DNA of 64,000 nt, taken from assembly GCF_006345805.1 (NCBI RefSeq), contig NC_043005.1:94736001-94800000 (forward strand). The letters are read 5' to 3'. Within the stretch, counting starts at the first letter, position 1; the number at the start of each line of letters is the position of its first letter. This document shows, one piece after another, positions 1 to 13,344 of the stretch. This DNA comes from Octopus sinensis (Eukaryota). The translations under genes and the position numbers were made by a program. Below the pieces are notes generated by a model. The model had not been told where the DNA came from. It did not search any database and saw only the letters and a list, made by a program, of their open reading frames with translations.

Positions 1-284
1 ATTATATAAATCAAATCTAGGAGAATTCAATATAAACAAGAGTTTACTATATTTATACAACATATATATTTGAGGGAAACAAATACGTAAAGGAGAATAA
101 ATCACAAGAGATCAGTAAAAGTTGCACCAAGGGATGTCCATCCTGGTTGCGATATCTGTTGGTATACGCCAGAAGAAGACATAAGGTTATGTCCATAGTG
201 CTGATAACATAGTTATCACAGGTAAAAGCTTAAAACTGAAAGAGAAGGAAGAAGGCATGCAGATATACATGCATACAAAGGTAT

Positions 285-519
285 GCGGCGAGCTGGCAGA
301 AACGTTAGCACGCTGGGCGAAATGCTTACCGGTATCTCGTCTGCAGCTACGTTCTGAGTTCAAATTCCGCCGAGGTCGACTTTGCCTTTCATCCATTCGG
401 GGTCGATTAAATAAGTACCAGTTACGCACTGGGGTCGATGTAATCGACTTAATCCGTTTGTCTGTCCTTGTTTGTCCTCTCTGTGTTTAGCCCCTTGTGG
501 GTAGTAAAGAAATAGGTAT
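285..519 (+). mobile_element. tRNA-derived SINE, family A (tail type 1)
   Basis: Pol III A-box-like TGGCAGAAACG and B-box-like GAGTTCAAATTCC; body GTCGACTTTGCCTTTCATCC..GGGGTCGA; recurs at 1314, 3427, 3831, 14302, 27372. Confidence 0.85.
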
Positions 520-1313
520 GCGTACATACATACATAAGCATGTCGCTTGTCCCCCGGTTAATCATAACTGAGTAAACCTATGATCGTAAGCATTCCATCG
601 TAATTATCCCAAATTTATCTATGTGCAGGGGGTCCAGAATTTCATTATACAGTGTATCACTTCCCTAGACGTTAGAATAAGACTTGCGATAGATTTGGCT
701 ACTGTATCTAGCAGGTTGATCGATCACATGTAGGCTCTTGCGTATAACAAGTGCGTATATGTGAAAATATAACAGAATACAATATACTGACAAAGAAACC
801 ATTAGGGTGCGTCTGTGTGGTTTTTGTGTGTCTGTTTGTGTGTGTGTGTGCGTTGATGGGCGTTTGCGTGTATAAATATGTATGCATGCTTAGGTATCAG
901 TTTTATCAAATACGATATTAAAGAATCGTTTATAAACGTAATCCGCAAGAAAATCCTACGGCAAGTCATGTCTGCAGTGTAAAATTTGGCAACCATCCTG
1001 ACAGTATTGCTCTCAATTTGTAATTTATTCAAATTCAGCATATTTGTTATCAGAACTATACGCATCACATGAAGAAGTCGAGAGAAATAAAGAGGAGAAA
1101 AATGCTTCCTACAATGTTGATTTCTTCCAAAAATCCATGTATCCAACTATCCATACACATGGTGTTCACGCATTTTTCCTCCCCTTCATTTTTAAAGATG
1201 TTCAGGCGGTGTTATCTCCCTCTCTTTCTTTCTTTCTTTCTTTCTTTATTCATTTACTTATTTCGGTATTTAGTTCCCTACTAAGCACGAGTTCAGGTTA
1301 GATTACAATATAT

Positions 1314-1528
1314 ATTTCTTTATTATCCACAAGGGGCTAAACACAGAGGGGACAAACAAGGACAGACAAACGGATTAAGTCAGTGCGTAACTCGTACTTA
1401 ATTTATCGACCCCGAAAGGATGAAAGGCAAAGTCGACCTCGGCGGAATTTGAACTCAGAACGTAGCGGCAGACGAAATACGGCTACGCATTTCATCCGGG
1501 GTGCTAACGTTTCTGCCAGCTCGCCGCC
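1314..1528 (-). mobile_element. tRNA-derived SINE, family A, with ~22-bp target-site duplication
   Basis: Reverse complement of the 285-519 copy; flanked by TTCAGGKTARATTACAATATAT at 1292-1313 and 1532-1553 (2 mismatches). Confidence 0.85.
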
Positions 1529-1614
1529 TTATTCAGGGTAAATTACAATATATTCCCAGCACTAATGGATGATTACTCGTCGCTTATATTTAGCGATGAA
1601 GAAGCATCTCAATA

Positions 1615-1935
1615 GAAGTGACGAGAGAGCTCTCCACGTGGTCGGTCGGTCGTTCGGTAGTCCGAACTTGCTGAAATAACAGCCAAATTTCACTCGGATC
1701 AAACCTATACCGTCTAAGAGCTCGTTGGATAATGTGAGTCTTTGATTCCGTGATCTGTGATCACGTCTGAAACACTTTAATTATAAGTCTGTTTAGTCAG
1801 GGCTGTCCTGGTGTTACACGATAGTAACAACATCTATCGAGGCAACGAAGAAGTTTTCTACGTGGTTACACGATCGGTGAGAAATAGGAGACAAATCTTT
1901 CTCAGATCACACCCTCCCATCTTAAAAATGGTGGT
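1615..1935 (+). repeat. Short dispersed repeat fragments (probable SINE segment)
   Basis: Motif like ACGTG..GATC..TGCTAGAAATAGCAGCCAAATCT twice here, also at about 690-735 (-), 37970-38030 and 50370-50425. Confidence 0.5.
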
Positions 1936-2039
1936 ATTTTAAGACATTTAAAAAATTATTTTAAATTCTATTTGTTTTCAAACCCAAGTACATTTTCCAT
2001 TCCCAAATCAATTCTCTCTCTCTCTCTCACGCACGCACG

Positions 2040-2075
<36 letters not shown>

Positions 2076-2199
2076 TATGTATTTACATGATGTTAAATGT
2101 ATGTCTGGTCATAAAGTGATCAATGGTTTCGCATCCACAAAGCCCTTAGCTTTATAGACAACTCGCCAGACTCCAATAAAAAAGGTAAGGATAAACACT

Positions 2200-2472
2200 A
2201 CCTTCGGTCACAAATGACCATCGGATTGCATCCAGAAATTTCCCCTCCGAGGCACAATTCTAGGCAAGGTTAGTAGAAGACCAGCAGTTACCCATGCATA
2301 CCAGTCTCTCCTTGGTACCAGTGACGCCGTAACTCATTTTCTACAGCTGAGTGAACTGCAGCGCTGAGAAATATAGTATTTTGCTCAAGAACACAACACA
2401 CGGTCCAGTATAGGAATCGAACTCACAACTTCACGATTGTAAACCCGTCACTCTAACCACATAGCCATGTGC
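2200..2472 (-). mobile_element. tRNA-derived SINE, family C
   Basis: Minus strand: TGGCTATGTGGTTAGAG A-box, GAGTTCGATTCC B-box, then TTGAGCAAAATAC..CACTCAGCTGTAGAAAATGAGT central domain. Confidence 0.6.
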
Positions 2473-3282
2473 CTTCCCTCAGTAAAACAGCTGTAGATGC
2501 AAATTCTATTGCTAGATAATCATTTCTTCACAATTCACTTGAAATTAAGGAATAAAGAAAAATGTGGATAGCATTAAATACACATATCTAATCTATCTCT
2601 TTTTTGTTGCCTGCTTATTACGAGGTTCTTAAAATTTTTAGTCTGTAATAATCATGTATAGCTCCATTTCATTCTGTTTAGAAATCAAATAAGTTAATTA
2701 GTCTGTTTATAAAACAAGACATTGTTTAATAAAGAGATGGGAGCAAAGAACAATTCAGCAATATTTTGGCGGGTCATAGTATTTCTTAGTTTAAGGATGT
2801 GTGATCTTAGCAGCATATCAGTTAAGCACTCTATACATCGAATTATTAACCATTCTAAATAATCCTGAGTATTCGCAAGCACAAAGAAAAGACATGTAAC
2901 GCTTTGTGAATATTAGTATAACAATGATATCCTGGATTTGGTGAATTAGTGTGTAAAGCAATTATTGGGTTAATTAGGAAGATTCCAAGAATTAAGTAAT
3001 TCAAACTTATGCAGGAAGATATTCAAAGTAGACCAGAAATATCAAGTGCACAAGATATCAATGCTGATTATCGTATAGTGTCAGTATAGAAAACCAATGA
3101 TTATATGAATTGGCTCACACAACATTTATCAGCTACTGGGAGTCGATTTTTCCCTTTCTGCTAAAATTGTGGCCTTGTTCCAATAATAGATATAGTTAAT
3201 ATAAACCACGATCCCCGAATATTCAGTGAATAATATTAAAATATACTCATTGAAAGTCTTGGTAGTCGAATTCTCCTAGCAA

Positions 3283-3425
3283 ACACGAGGAGAACGATTA
3301 ATACTAGAATTAGTGGAGTCTTCAAACTGTTAGGTTTCAATATTTCCGATTTTAACAATCGGAAATATTGAAACCTAACAGTTTGAAGACTCCACTAATT
3401 CTAGTATTAATCGTTCTCCTCGTGT
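3283..3425. repeat. Perfect inverted repeat, 69-bp arms, 5-nt loop
   Basis: 3283-3351 is the exact reverse complement of 3357-3425. Confidence 0.95.
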
Positions 3426-3426
3426 A

Positions 3427-4030
3427 GAGACGAGCTGGTAGAGACGTTAGCACGCCGGGCGAAATGCTTAGCGGTATTCCGTCCGTCTTTACGCTCTGAG
3501 TTCAAATTCCGCCGAGGTCGACTTTGCCTTTCATCCTTTCGGGGTCGATTAAATAAGTACCAGTTAAGCACTAGAGTCGATATAATCGACTTAATCCGTT
3601 TGTCTGTCCTTGTTTGTCCTCTCTGTGTTTAGCCTCTTGTGGGTAGTAAAGAAATAGGTATTACGTTCTGAGTTCAAATTCTGCCGAGGTTGACTTTGCC
3701 TTTCATCCTTTCGGGTCGATAAATTAAGTATTAGTTGCGTACTGTGGTCAATCTAATCGACTGTCCCCTCCTCCAAAATTTCGGGCCTTTTGCCTAGAGT
3801 AGAACAGAAAAGAATATCTGTGATTGTTAAAGGCGGCGAGTTGGCAGAATCATTACCGCGCCGAACTGAAATGCTTTGCGGCGTTTCTTCCGACGTTACG
3901 TTCTGAGTTCAAATTCCACTGAGGTCGAATTTGCCTTTCATCCTTTCGGGGTTGATAAAATGAGTGCCAGTTGAGCACTGGGGTCGATGTAACCGCCCCA
4001 GAAATTGCTGACCTGCCAAAATTCGAAACG
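3427..4030 (+). mobile_element. Cluster of three tandem family-A SINE copies (full, headless, full)
   Basis: Heads at 3427 and 3831, B-box onward at 3661; three different 3' tails. Confidence 0.8.
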
Positions 4031-5771
4031 AATATTTCCTATTGTTTAGGAAACAGCAACAACCACAATAAAAGCAAAAGCAGCAATAACTGCAGCAACT
4101 TCAGCAACAGCAAGAACTATTTGCAGTAAAAAACAAAAACAAAAAAGAAAACCGCTTAAAACAGACAACTTAGAAATGAACCACCAATGCGGGAGTTTGA
4201 ACGTGCTCACCTGAACTACTAAAATTGTCAATTAGAAGATAATGATACCTTTGATAAAACTGGCATAAGACTAATATTGAAGCTTAGGCAAGATGGTCAC
4301 GCCTGAAACGCCTTTGATCATAGTGTTAGTTAATAAGCCAGGACTGATCGGGATCTAAACAACATCAGCATCAATAAGCCACAATGAAATAACAAACACA
4401 AAATGTCTCCTTCCAAGATTTTTGCGATAATATTTTCCCCAAGGAGCGTTAAATTTTTATTTATTTATTCATTTATATTTCATGTTATTTTATTTTATTT
4501 TGTTTTATTTTATTTATTTACTTTGAGAATTACATCAGAGCAACTAACTTGTCTGAATATATTCCGTGTCGACGCACAGACTGTCACTTGACTCCTAAGT
4601 TCAGTTGATTTGTTTAGCAAGAACTTTTTAGCATTACCTCTCATCACCTCAGCGCCTCCAAACTCCACTGACAGAAAGGTCAAAGGTTATGCATTCCGTT
4701 AGAGAGATTTTAGAAGACAATCCGAAACAAAAAGTATTTCAAACGATCAGTTCATGTAATGTATTCTATAGTTCTCATAATATTCTCATATGCATCTGTC
4801 TGTCTGTCTGTCTGTCTGTCTGTGTGTGTGTCTCTCTCTCTCTCTCTCTATTCCTCTCCCTGCCTCCTCTCTCTTTCTCTTTCCTCCTCTTCCTTCTGCT
4901 CATTTCTGTATCTTTTCACGTCTATGTCCATATGTTGGTCTCCCTCCTTCTCAATGTCTATTTGATTCTTTATGTCTTCGATTCTCTGCTTCTCTCTCTC
5001 TCTCTCTCTCCCTCTCTCTCATATCCCTTCTGTCTCTCCTACCCACTGATTACTTTAATTACATTCTGTAACGCTCCTCCTTTCCTTACGTCATTCTTTG
5101 TCTCCCTTTATTCCCAACCAACCCACGCTTTCCTTGCATTAGTCACATTTTATTACTTTCTCTATATCTCATCAGTTTGTATTTTTCCTGCCCCCACAAC
5201 CTCTTTTTCTCTCTATCACTCTTCCTGTGATACACATATTCTTTTACTGTATTTCTATCTCTCTCTAGCCGTTTATCTTACTCTTTTATTCCCTCTTCCT
5301 TTTCTATTCTGATCTCACGTTGTGTTTTTCTACCTCTGTATCTTTGTTTCAATCAGTCATTCTCTAATTCCTCTCTGCTTTACTCTGTCTGACAATCTGT
5401 ATTAATCTATACTTAATTATATTTACATATATTTCCCTGTTAAACATTATCCCTCGATCTTGCAGTTATTCCTACCACATGGCTATGCCAATATTTGTCT
5501 GTTCATTCTTACATCACTCACAGAACTAATCAACAATTCCCCACCACGCTCACTCTAACATATCAAAACCAACCATACTAAACACTATACTGCATTAGCT
5601 ATTCTCGGTTAATAGAACTTTTTTTTTCCTAACTGAAAGAATTGTGATGGCAAGTCCATTAAGCCAATTTAAAAATGCGTCACCTTCTGGTAAATATTAA
5701 GTGAATCAAAGTCATTTGAGAATACCTACCTACCTATCTACTTACCTTCCTACACACACGCACACACACTC

Positions 5772-5841
<70 letters not shown>

Positions 5842-5923
5842 GTTTATATATGTATGCTTGTTTGTATATATATATATATATAAGTATGTATGTACATACA
5901 TACTTATATATATACATGCAAGC

Positions 5924-5988
<65 letters not shown>

Positions 5989-6052
5989 CATACATATATA
6001 CACACATACACACACATACTCACTCACACACATACACACATATATGTACACA

Positions 6053-6096
<44 letters not shown>

Positions 6097-6285
6097 TATA
6101 GAAGGGATAAGTTATCCTGGCGGATACCGTTTCACCTTTTGAATTAGTTTAGATGCCGGCTATCCACAACGGTCCATTATATGGTACTCAAGCTTAGAAA
6201 GAGATACTGGTACTGGTAAACTTCACGCGTTGGGTAATTCCGTGTTCCCGTTCAGAACTGCAACTATTCCGGAGAGTATTTAATA

Positions 6286-6749
6286 ACGTTGATGACGAAG
6301 AGGAGAATACAAATTTTATACACATTCGAAAACTTCTTCATTTAAAAGATTTCTCCAGCATATATCTGACTTACATATGTTTCGACTGCAGCCACTGCAC
6401 ATTGCTTTGTTTTCAGCTATGATGCATTCTAGTCGTTGCAACTTCACCAAGGGTCCGTCACTCACGAAGTTTTCAAAGTGAACTGATTCAAACAAGAGTC
6501 CTGCGTTGGTATGCTGTTGAAGGTAAACAATAACGCTGTTTACCAACGCAGGACTTTTGTTTCAATCAGTTCACTTTGAAAACTTCGTGGTGAAATTGCA
6601 ACGACTAGAATGCATCATAGCTGAAAACAAAGCAATGTGCAGTGGCTGCAGTCGAAACATATGTAAGTCAGATATATGCTGGAGAAATCTTTTAAATGAA
6701 GAAGTTTTCGAATGTGAATAAAATCTCCATTTCTCTTCGTCATCAACGT
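6286..6749. mobile_element. Foldback (palindromic) non-autonomous element
   Basis: Arms 6286-6511 and 6541-6749 are reverse complements with a few substitutions and a 15-bp indel. Confidence 0.85.
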
Positions 6750-6808
6750 CAAGTACACACACACAAACACACACACATTTATATATATAACTACATATAT
6801 ATACATAT

Positions 6809-6883
<75 letters not shown>

Positions 6884-6991
6884 GTGGTATTATAAGTTTT
6901 AAAACTGATGCAATATTTGCATTGTTCAATTAAATGGAGTCGCATGAAACGATCGTACTGCATTACCTCTGGATATCCTTGTTGCTTATTT

Positions 6992-7033
<42 letters not shown>

Positions 7034-7389
7034 CCTTATAATGTTAAGGAAAATTGGCAGAAAGTGTAAAGTAACAGTTGTCATCGCAACATTGAAGAAG
7101 GACACTGTAAGAAACGTTGGGAACTCCACAACCCACGGGAATATTTCCGTACTCATTCTGTCACTTATATACATAGAGAAAGAGGGAAGCGGGAGAGAGA
7201 TGGGCGTATAGCAATAATTTAGAGCACTCGTCAATTTCGTTGTGTTTGCACTGTTTCAGACGAAGTATTGTTCCTACAATGCAGAATGCTTGGTCTACAG
7301 AGTCATTTGGAAGTTATATATCATGAGCATCAATAGAATACAGAACCGGTGGCATAAAACGATCGCAAACCAAAAATATCAATGCTAGG

Positions 7390-7670
7390 TCGATAATTTC
7401 TAATAGTAGTAGTAGTAGTGGTGGTGGTGGCAATAGTAGTAGAAATAGCAGTAGTAGTAGCGAGGGGTTAGTATCTGCAGCAGCATTAGTTGTAGTAGTA
7501 GTAGTAGTAGTAGTAGTAGTCCAGTGAGGACGACGACGACGAAGAAGAAGAAGAAGAAGAAGAAGAAGAAGAAGAAGAAGAAGAAGAAGAAGAAGAAACT
7601 GATGATGATGACGACTATAACGGCGACAACAACGACGACGATGACGACGATGAAGACGCTGGTGATGTCA
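7390..7670. repeat. Compound trinucleotide microsatellite (TAG)n/(GAC)n/(GAA)n/(GAT)n
   Basis: Direct reading. Confidence 0.9.
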
Positions 7671-7761
7671 GTAGTTATCTAAGAGTAGCAAATGTGTACA
7701 ATGGTTTTTATTTATCCGTAATCAATTATTCTCTCTCCTCGACTTTCTATGGCGAAGCATT

Positions 7762-7904
7762 TGATTGGCTGCACGAAACCTGATAGGACCGTTATTTCGG
7801 CTCTTAGTTTCGTTACCATCGTGACTTGGTTGAAAATTTGAAGTTTCAAGAGAACCACCACCAGCAGCAGCAGCAGCAGCAGCCACAACAACCACAAAAT
7901 GGCG
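7762..7904 (+). promoter_or_regulatory. Candidate Pol II promoter motifs (NF-Y CCAAT box, YY1-type CAAAATGGCG)
   Basis: TGATTGGCTG at 7762-7771 and CAAAATGGCG at 7895-7904 in non-TE, CpG-containing sequence; no transcript evidence. Confidence 0.25.
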
Positions 7905-8498
7905 ATCCCCGCTAAATAACCAACTCTGCTATAAAGTCAAACGTTCGTTTTAACTTTTTAGCATTCAGGTTATTGTGTCAAATATAAGACTTATTTACTC
8001 AAATCGTTTTGAATTGATCATGCATTATCTCGTATCTTCGAGATTTCCAAGATGTAATTGTTTATTTTGATAATTACATTTTAGTGTCGGTGTGGAAGGC
8101 CGGGTTTGATAAGTTTGAACAGAATTCAGTTGAAAATTTTAGAGACTGATTAGGCTGATTTAAAGTTAGACAGTTCAATAAATCCAACATATTCTTACAA
8201 TTGAAAAATTAAGTCTCCCGTCTTGTACGGTGCCTCGTGTTTGTCTTTCGCATTGAATGCTGGGACAATTCTTATGATGGTTTGTTAATTGCATGGGAGG
8301 CCTTTGAGTTTTAAAGGGGGGTAGAAAAAAGATATGGCATTTTTGTTTCAATATGGTGAATAATAAAGTCAAACAGGAAGGAGGGTTGGGAGCTTTGCGT
8401 ACAACGAACAGAAAGAGTATGTGTGTGTATGCATGTATATGTATATGTATACTTATATGTATATGTATGTATAGTATGTATATATATATATATATATG

Positions 8499-8539
<41 letters not shown>

Positions 8540-8546
8540 ATGTATG

Positions 8547-8662
<116 letters not shown>

Positions 8663-8671
8663 CTCTTTACT

Positions 8672-8892
8672 CTCTCTCTTTTACTTGTTTCAATCATTTG
8701 ACTGCGGCCATGCTGGAGCACCGCCTTTAGTCGAGCAAATCGACCCCAGGACTTATTCTTTGTAAGCCAAGTACTTATTCTATCGGTCTGTTTGGCCGAA
8801 TCGCTAAGTTACGTGGACATAAACACACCAGCATCGGTTGTCAAGCGATGTTGGGGGACAAACACAGACACACAAACACACACACACACACA

Positions 8893-8923
<31 letters not shown>

Positions 8924-9102
8924 TATACATACATATATACGACGGGCTTCTTTCAGTTTCCGTCTACCAAATCCACTCACAAGGCTTCGTTCGGCCTGAG
9001 GCTATAGTAGAATACACTTGCCCAAGGTGCCACGCAGTGGGACTGAACCCGGAACCATGTGGTTGGTAAGCAAGCTCCTTACCACACAGCCACTCCTACG
9101 CC
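8672..9102 (-). mobile_element. tRNA-derived CORE-type SINE, family B, full length
   Basis: Minus strand: TGGCTGTGTGGTAAG A-box, GGGTTCAGTCCC B-box, CORE-like ACCTTGGGCAAGTG, internal (TG)n, tail GGCGGTGCTCCAGCATGGCCGCAG..GAAACAAGTAAAAGAG. Confidence 0.85.
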
Positions 9103-9106
9103 TATA

Positions 9107-11225
9107 TTTTTTTTATTTTATCTAGTTTCAGCTCACGAGCTGTGGCCATGCTGGGGCACCGCCATTTGTTGTTGCTACATGATTTTACTTCACGAATGCT
9201 TTTTAGCAATTGCCATTTGGTGCATGAGAGAGTTCGATGCAGCTGCCCTCATCTGCACCTCTTGCCGTGAAGTTGGTTCATCTGGGACACCTGGCAGGAA
9301 GAGATCCTGTTTTATTTTAAAGACATCCACCCCATGCAGGTCTTTCAGGTTCTTCGGGAGGATATTGAAGAGCTGTCGGCCTCTGAAGCCCAGGCTATCA
9401 CAGTATCTTGTCCTACATTTTGATGGCAAATTTGGAGTCCTTGGCACTATGCAGTGGCGCCCAGTTCTGGCATTTGTGTAACTCTCGATGCCAAAGTTTG
9501 GGACAAGTCCTTCTAGGACCTTCCAGATGTATATTATAGCATATCTTTCTCGCCTACGCTCTAAGGAATAGAGTCTTAATCTCTTGAGTCTTTCCCAGTA
9601 GCTTATATGCTGCACAGAGGCTATCTTCTTCGTGTAGCTTTGTTGGATCGCCTCAAGTTCTGTGATTAACTTGACACTGGATGGTGACCATAGCTGAGAG
9701 CAATAGTCAAAGTGGCTTAGGACAAGTGTCCTCCAGAGGACCATCATGGTTTCCTGGTCTCTTGTTCTAAAGGTTCAAAGAATCCTTCCGGTCAGCCGCC
9801 TACATTTCATTGCCAATTTAGCAACATGCACATGAAAGGTTGCATTATCACTCATGTAAATACCCAGGTCTCGCACTGATTGTGCCTCTGGGATTGCAAT
9901 CCCTCCAGGTCCAGTGTATTTATTGAGTATTGCATTTAGTTTTGCATGCTGATAGCATAAAGCTTGAAACTTTTCAGCATTGAACTGCATACTATTCTTT
10001 TCAGCCCACTTGTATATTTTGTCCAGCTCACGTTGCAGGTGCATAGTGTCTTCAGGATTCTGTATTGCCTGTGAAACTTTTGTATCATCTGCATAACTTG
10101 TGATTGTGGCTCTCTGCGTGGCTGAGGGCATGTCTGAGAGGGCCATTATGAACAGTAGTGGTCCCAAAACAGTGCCTTGCAGAACACCGCTCACTATTTG
10201 CGTGTTAATGGAAGTGGCCCCATTGGCTACTACCACCTGGCTTCTATCCTTCAGAAAGTCATGAAGCCATTCTCCCATTTTCCAACTATGCCAAGATCAC
10301 GCAGTTTGTGACATATCATTCCATGATCGACTTTATCAAAGGCCTTTGCAAAATCGAGATATATCAACTTCCACATTTGAGTGGTTGAGCAGTCATTTCA
10401 GCACCCAGTCATAGTGTTGTAGGAGCGGAGTTAGGTAGCTTCTTCCTGGTCGGAAACCATGTTGGGTGTCAGGCAGCAAGTCATTTTCTTCAAGGAAGGT
10501 GATTAGTTTCCTTCTGACTATTCGTTCCATGACCTTGCTGATGTGTGAGGTCAGAGAGATAGGTCTGTAGTTCTTGGCCTCCGCTCTGCTACCTCCTTTA
10601 TGAATAGGGCATATTTTACCTTCCTTCAGTTTTCTTGGAAGTTTGCCAGTTGCAAGGAAGCTCTGAAAGTGGAACTGCAGTGGTCTTGCTAGGACTCTCT
10701 AACATACTTTTAGAAGGATTGCTGGGAATCCATCGGGGCCAGTAGCTGAGTTTGTTTTCATTTCATCTATAGCCTGTATTACATCGTCTGCCTTTATATT
10801 GATGTAATCAATCATTGCTGCCTCTGATTTTATATCTGCAGTGGTAAAGAAGTCATTTGGATTGCTGACTTGAAAATGCCCTAGGGGTTGAGTGAAAATA
10901 CTCTTGAATTGCTCATTTAGTATTTCACTTATCCTCATTGGATTTCCTGTGAGTGTGCCATCCTTTTCAAAGAGTGGCCCTATCCTACAGTGCACTGTAG
11001 CTGTTTCCTTGGCATACCTGTAGAAAGCTCAGGGGTTAGATTTTATGTTGTCTATAGCCCAGGCTTCTTCGTCTGCTCTTTATTTTTCATGGGAGAGTTG
11101 CAGACATTTTTCAAATTCCAACAGTTTTATTTTCAGACGGGACTTTTCACTGCTTTCAGTTTGTTTGTTTAGGCGATTTGAAACTTTTGTACGCCGTCTC
11201 ATTAGAATTTTCCTCTCCCTGGGGA
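9107..11225 (-). mobile_element. 5'-truncated CR1-like non-LTR retrotransposon (RT pseudogene)
   Basis: Fragmented ORFs with SATGPDGFP, GVLQGTVLGPLLF, YADDTK, LVLSHFDYCSQLWSP, YWERLKRLRLYSLERRRER; A-rich 3' end near 9107-9125. Confidence 0.9.
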
Positions 11226-11445
11226 TTTTGTTATACATATATATATATATATACATATTACACATATATATATATATATTATATACGTTTTCATTATTTT
11301 TTTTGCAATTTACTTAATCATCGGTATATTATTGTTAATTTAATTTTGATATTTCTACTATATGTAATTTTCTAGATGGTGTAATTTAATTGTTCATTTT
11401 TAATTGATAAAAAGTAGTTTTTTTCTAATTTATATATATATGTAT

Positions 11446-11481
<36 letters not shown>

Positions 11482-11527
11482 TTCTGATGCAGACATATAT
11501 ATATATATAATATATTATATATATATA

Positions 11528-11567
<40 letters not shown>

Positions 11568-11902
11568 TATATATATATAATATATATATATATATATAAT
11601 TAGAAAAAAACTACTTATACTCTCTTATACATACACGCACCTTTGTGTTGGGGGCACCTTCGTTTTGGAAGTCTTTTGACCCTGTTATCTCCCCTACTGT
11701 CCCTCTCGCGTCTGACCACTGCCCGAAGTCAGGACGCCATGATAGATCGTTAGCTCCTACACGCATTTTTTTCTCTCCTTGTTTCGCTCCTTGTTCTTTT
11801 CAGTGAATCTTTCTGTCGAAGCGCCATACTAATACATTTGTTTGTTTGTACTCCACCTGCCTTCGTCTTTTGTTTATTTTCGTAAACCTTCCCGTTATAT
11901 AT

Positions 11903-11933
<31 letters not shown>

Positions 11934-11972
11934 ATGAGTTGCCTAAAAGTGGTTTTTTCTCTAATTTAATTA

Positions 11973-12119
<147 letters not shown>

Positions 12120-12192
12120 TTGCCTAATAGTGGTTTTATCTCTAATTTAATTTATATCTATCTATATATATATACATATATATATATATATC

Positions 12193-12242
<50 letters not shown>

Positions 12243-12261
12243 TAGATAGATAGATAGATAG

Positions 12262-12339
<78 letters not shown>

Positions 12340-12396
12340 TAAATTAAATTAGAGATAAAACCACTATTAGGCAACTCATTATTTATATATATAATA

Positions 12397-12464
<68 letters not shown>

Positions 12465-13169
12465 CGGAAGGGTGTGTGGGTTGTGTGTTGTGATGTGATA
12501 TGTGTATGTATGTCTGCATCAGAAATCATCATAGTTCATGCACACTAATATTTTTACATTAATTATGGGATATACTTAGCAGTCTGTGTAAAATAAAGCA
12601 CACTAATTCAGACGATCATTTGCTATCTTCACCCCTTAGCACCATTGTGATTTCCCAATTTATACAATATCTATGTGCTATCTTAATTGGAAACATACGA
12701 CAAGACAGATGCACTGATTTATGCAATAATTGTGGGTTATCTCCAACAATTCTAATTCAATGGTTTATAAGTACTATTGTATTGACCTCAATACAAAACT
12801 GCGGTTCGCCTATGTGATACTATGTGTATAATATCCACAACGGAGTATGTTTTCAGCTGTAAAAATCTATACATAACCGAAATAGGCTACAGTAAATCAA
12901 TTGTTAGAAACAGAAAGGAAGTAAAATGCATTCTGTTATCGTAAATATCAGCTGTCTGTACTGTAACTGAAAATAGCATTATCAGTGATAACTTTATTTA
13001 CATAGGACAATTTGTAGAATCTGATATCTTTATTTCTATATTTCTACCGCTCCACTTTGTGGAAATTGTGGAAACAGAGTTTCATCCAGCATGGAAACAA
13101 CTTTATTTCATCATTTGTTTTTCTTTGTATTTATTCTTGTATTTATTCGATTGCATGGAGACTAGTAGT

Positions 13170-13340
13170 AGCGTGGAGCATAGCTGAGTGGTTAAGAATT
13201 TCACTTTGCGATCACAAGTTCGATCCTAGAGCACAGCATTTTGGACAAATGTCTTTTACTATAGCCCTGAACCCTATGAGACAAATTAGTAAAATTGGAA
13301 GACGTAAGCTGCGAGAACGCTTGTCGGAAAGATTGTATCT
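13170..13340 (+). mobile_element. Degenerate CORE-type SINE (family B)
   Basis: TAGCTGAGTGGTTAAG, GTTCGATCC, TTTGGACAAATGTCTTTTACTATAGCC. Confidence 0.55.
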
Positions 13341-13344
13341 ATTA

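Noticed and set aside
285-375. tRNA gene
   Set aside because: A/B boxes belong to multicopy SINE heads; no cloverleaf
1044-1301. Short ORFs as a possible host exon
   Set aside because: No recognisable domain or convincing splice pair
5701-6142. ORFs of YI/CV/LS/ER repeats here and throughout the window
   Set aside because: Translations of (TA)n, (CA)n, (GA)n and (TATC)n microsatellites
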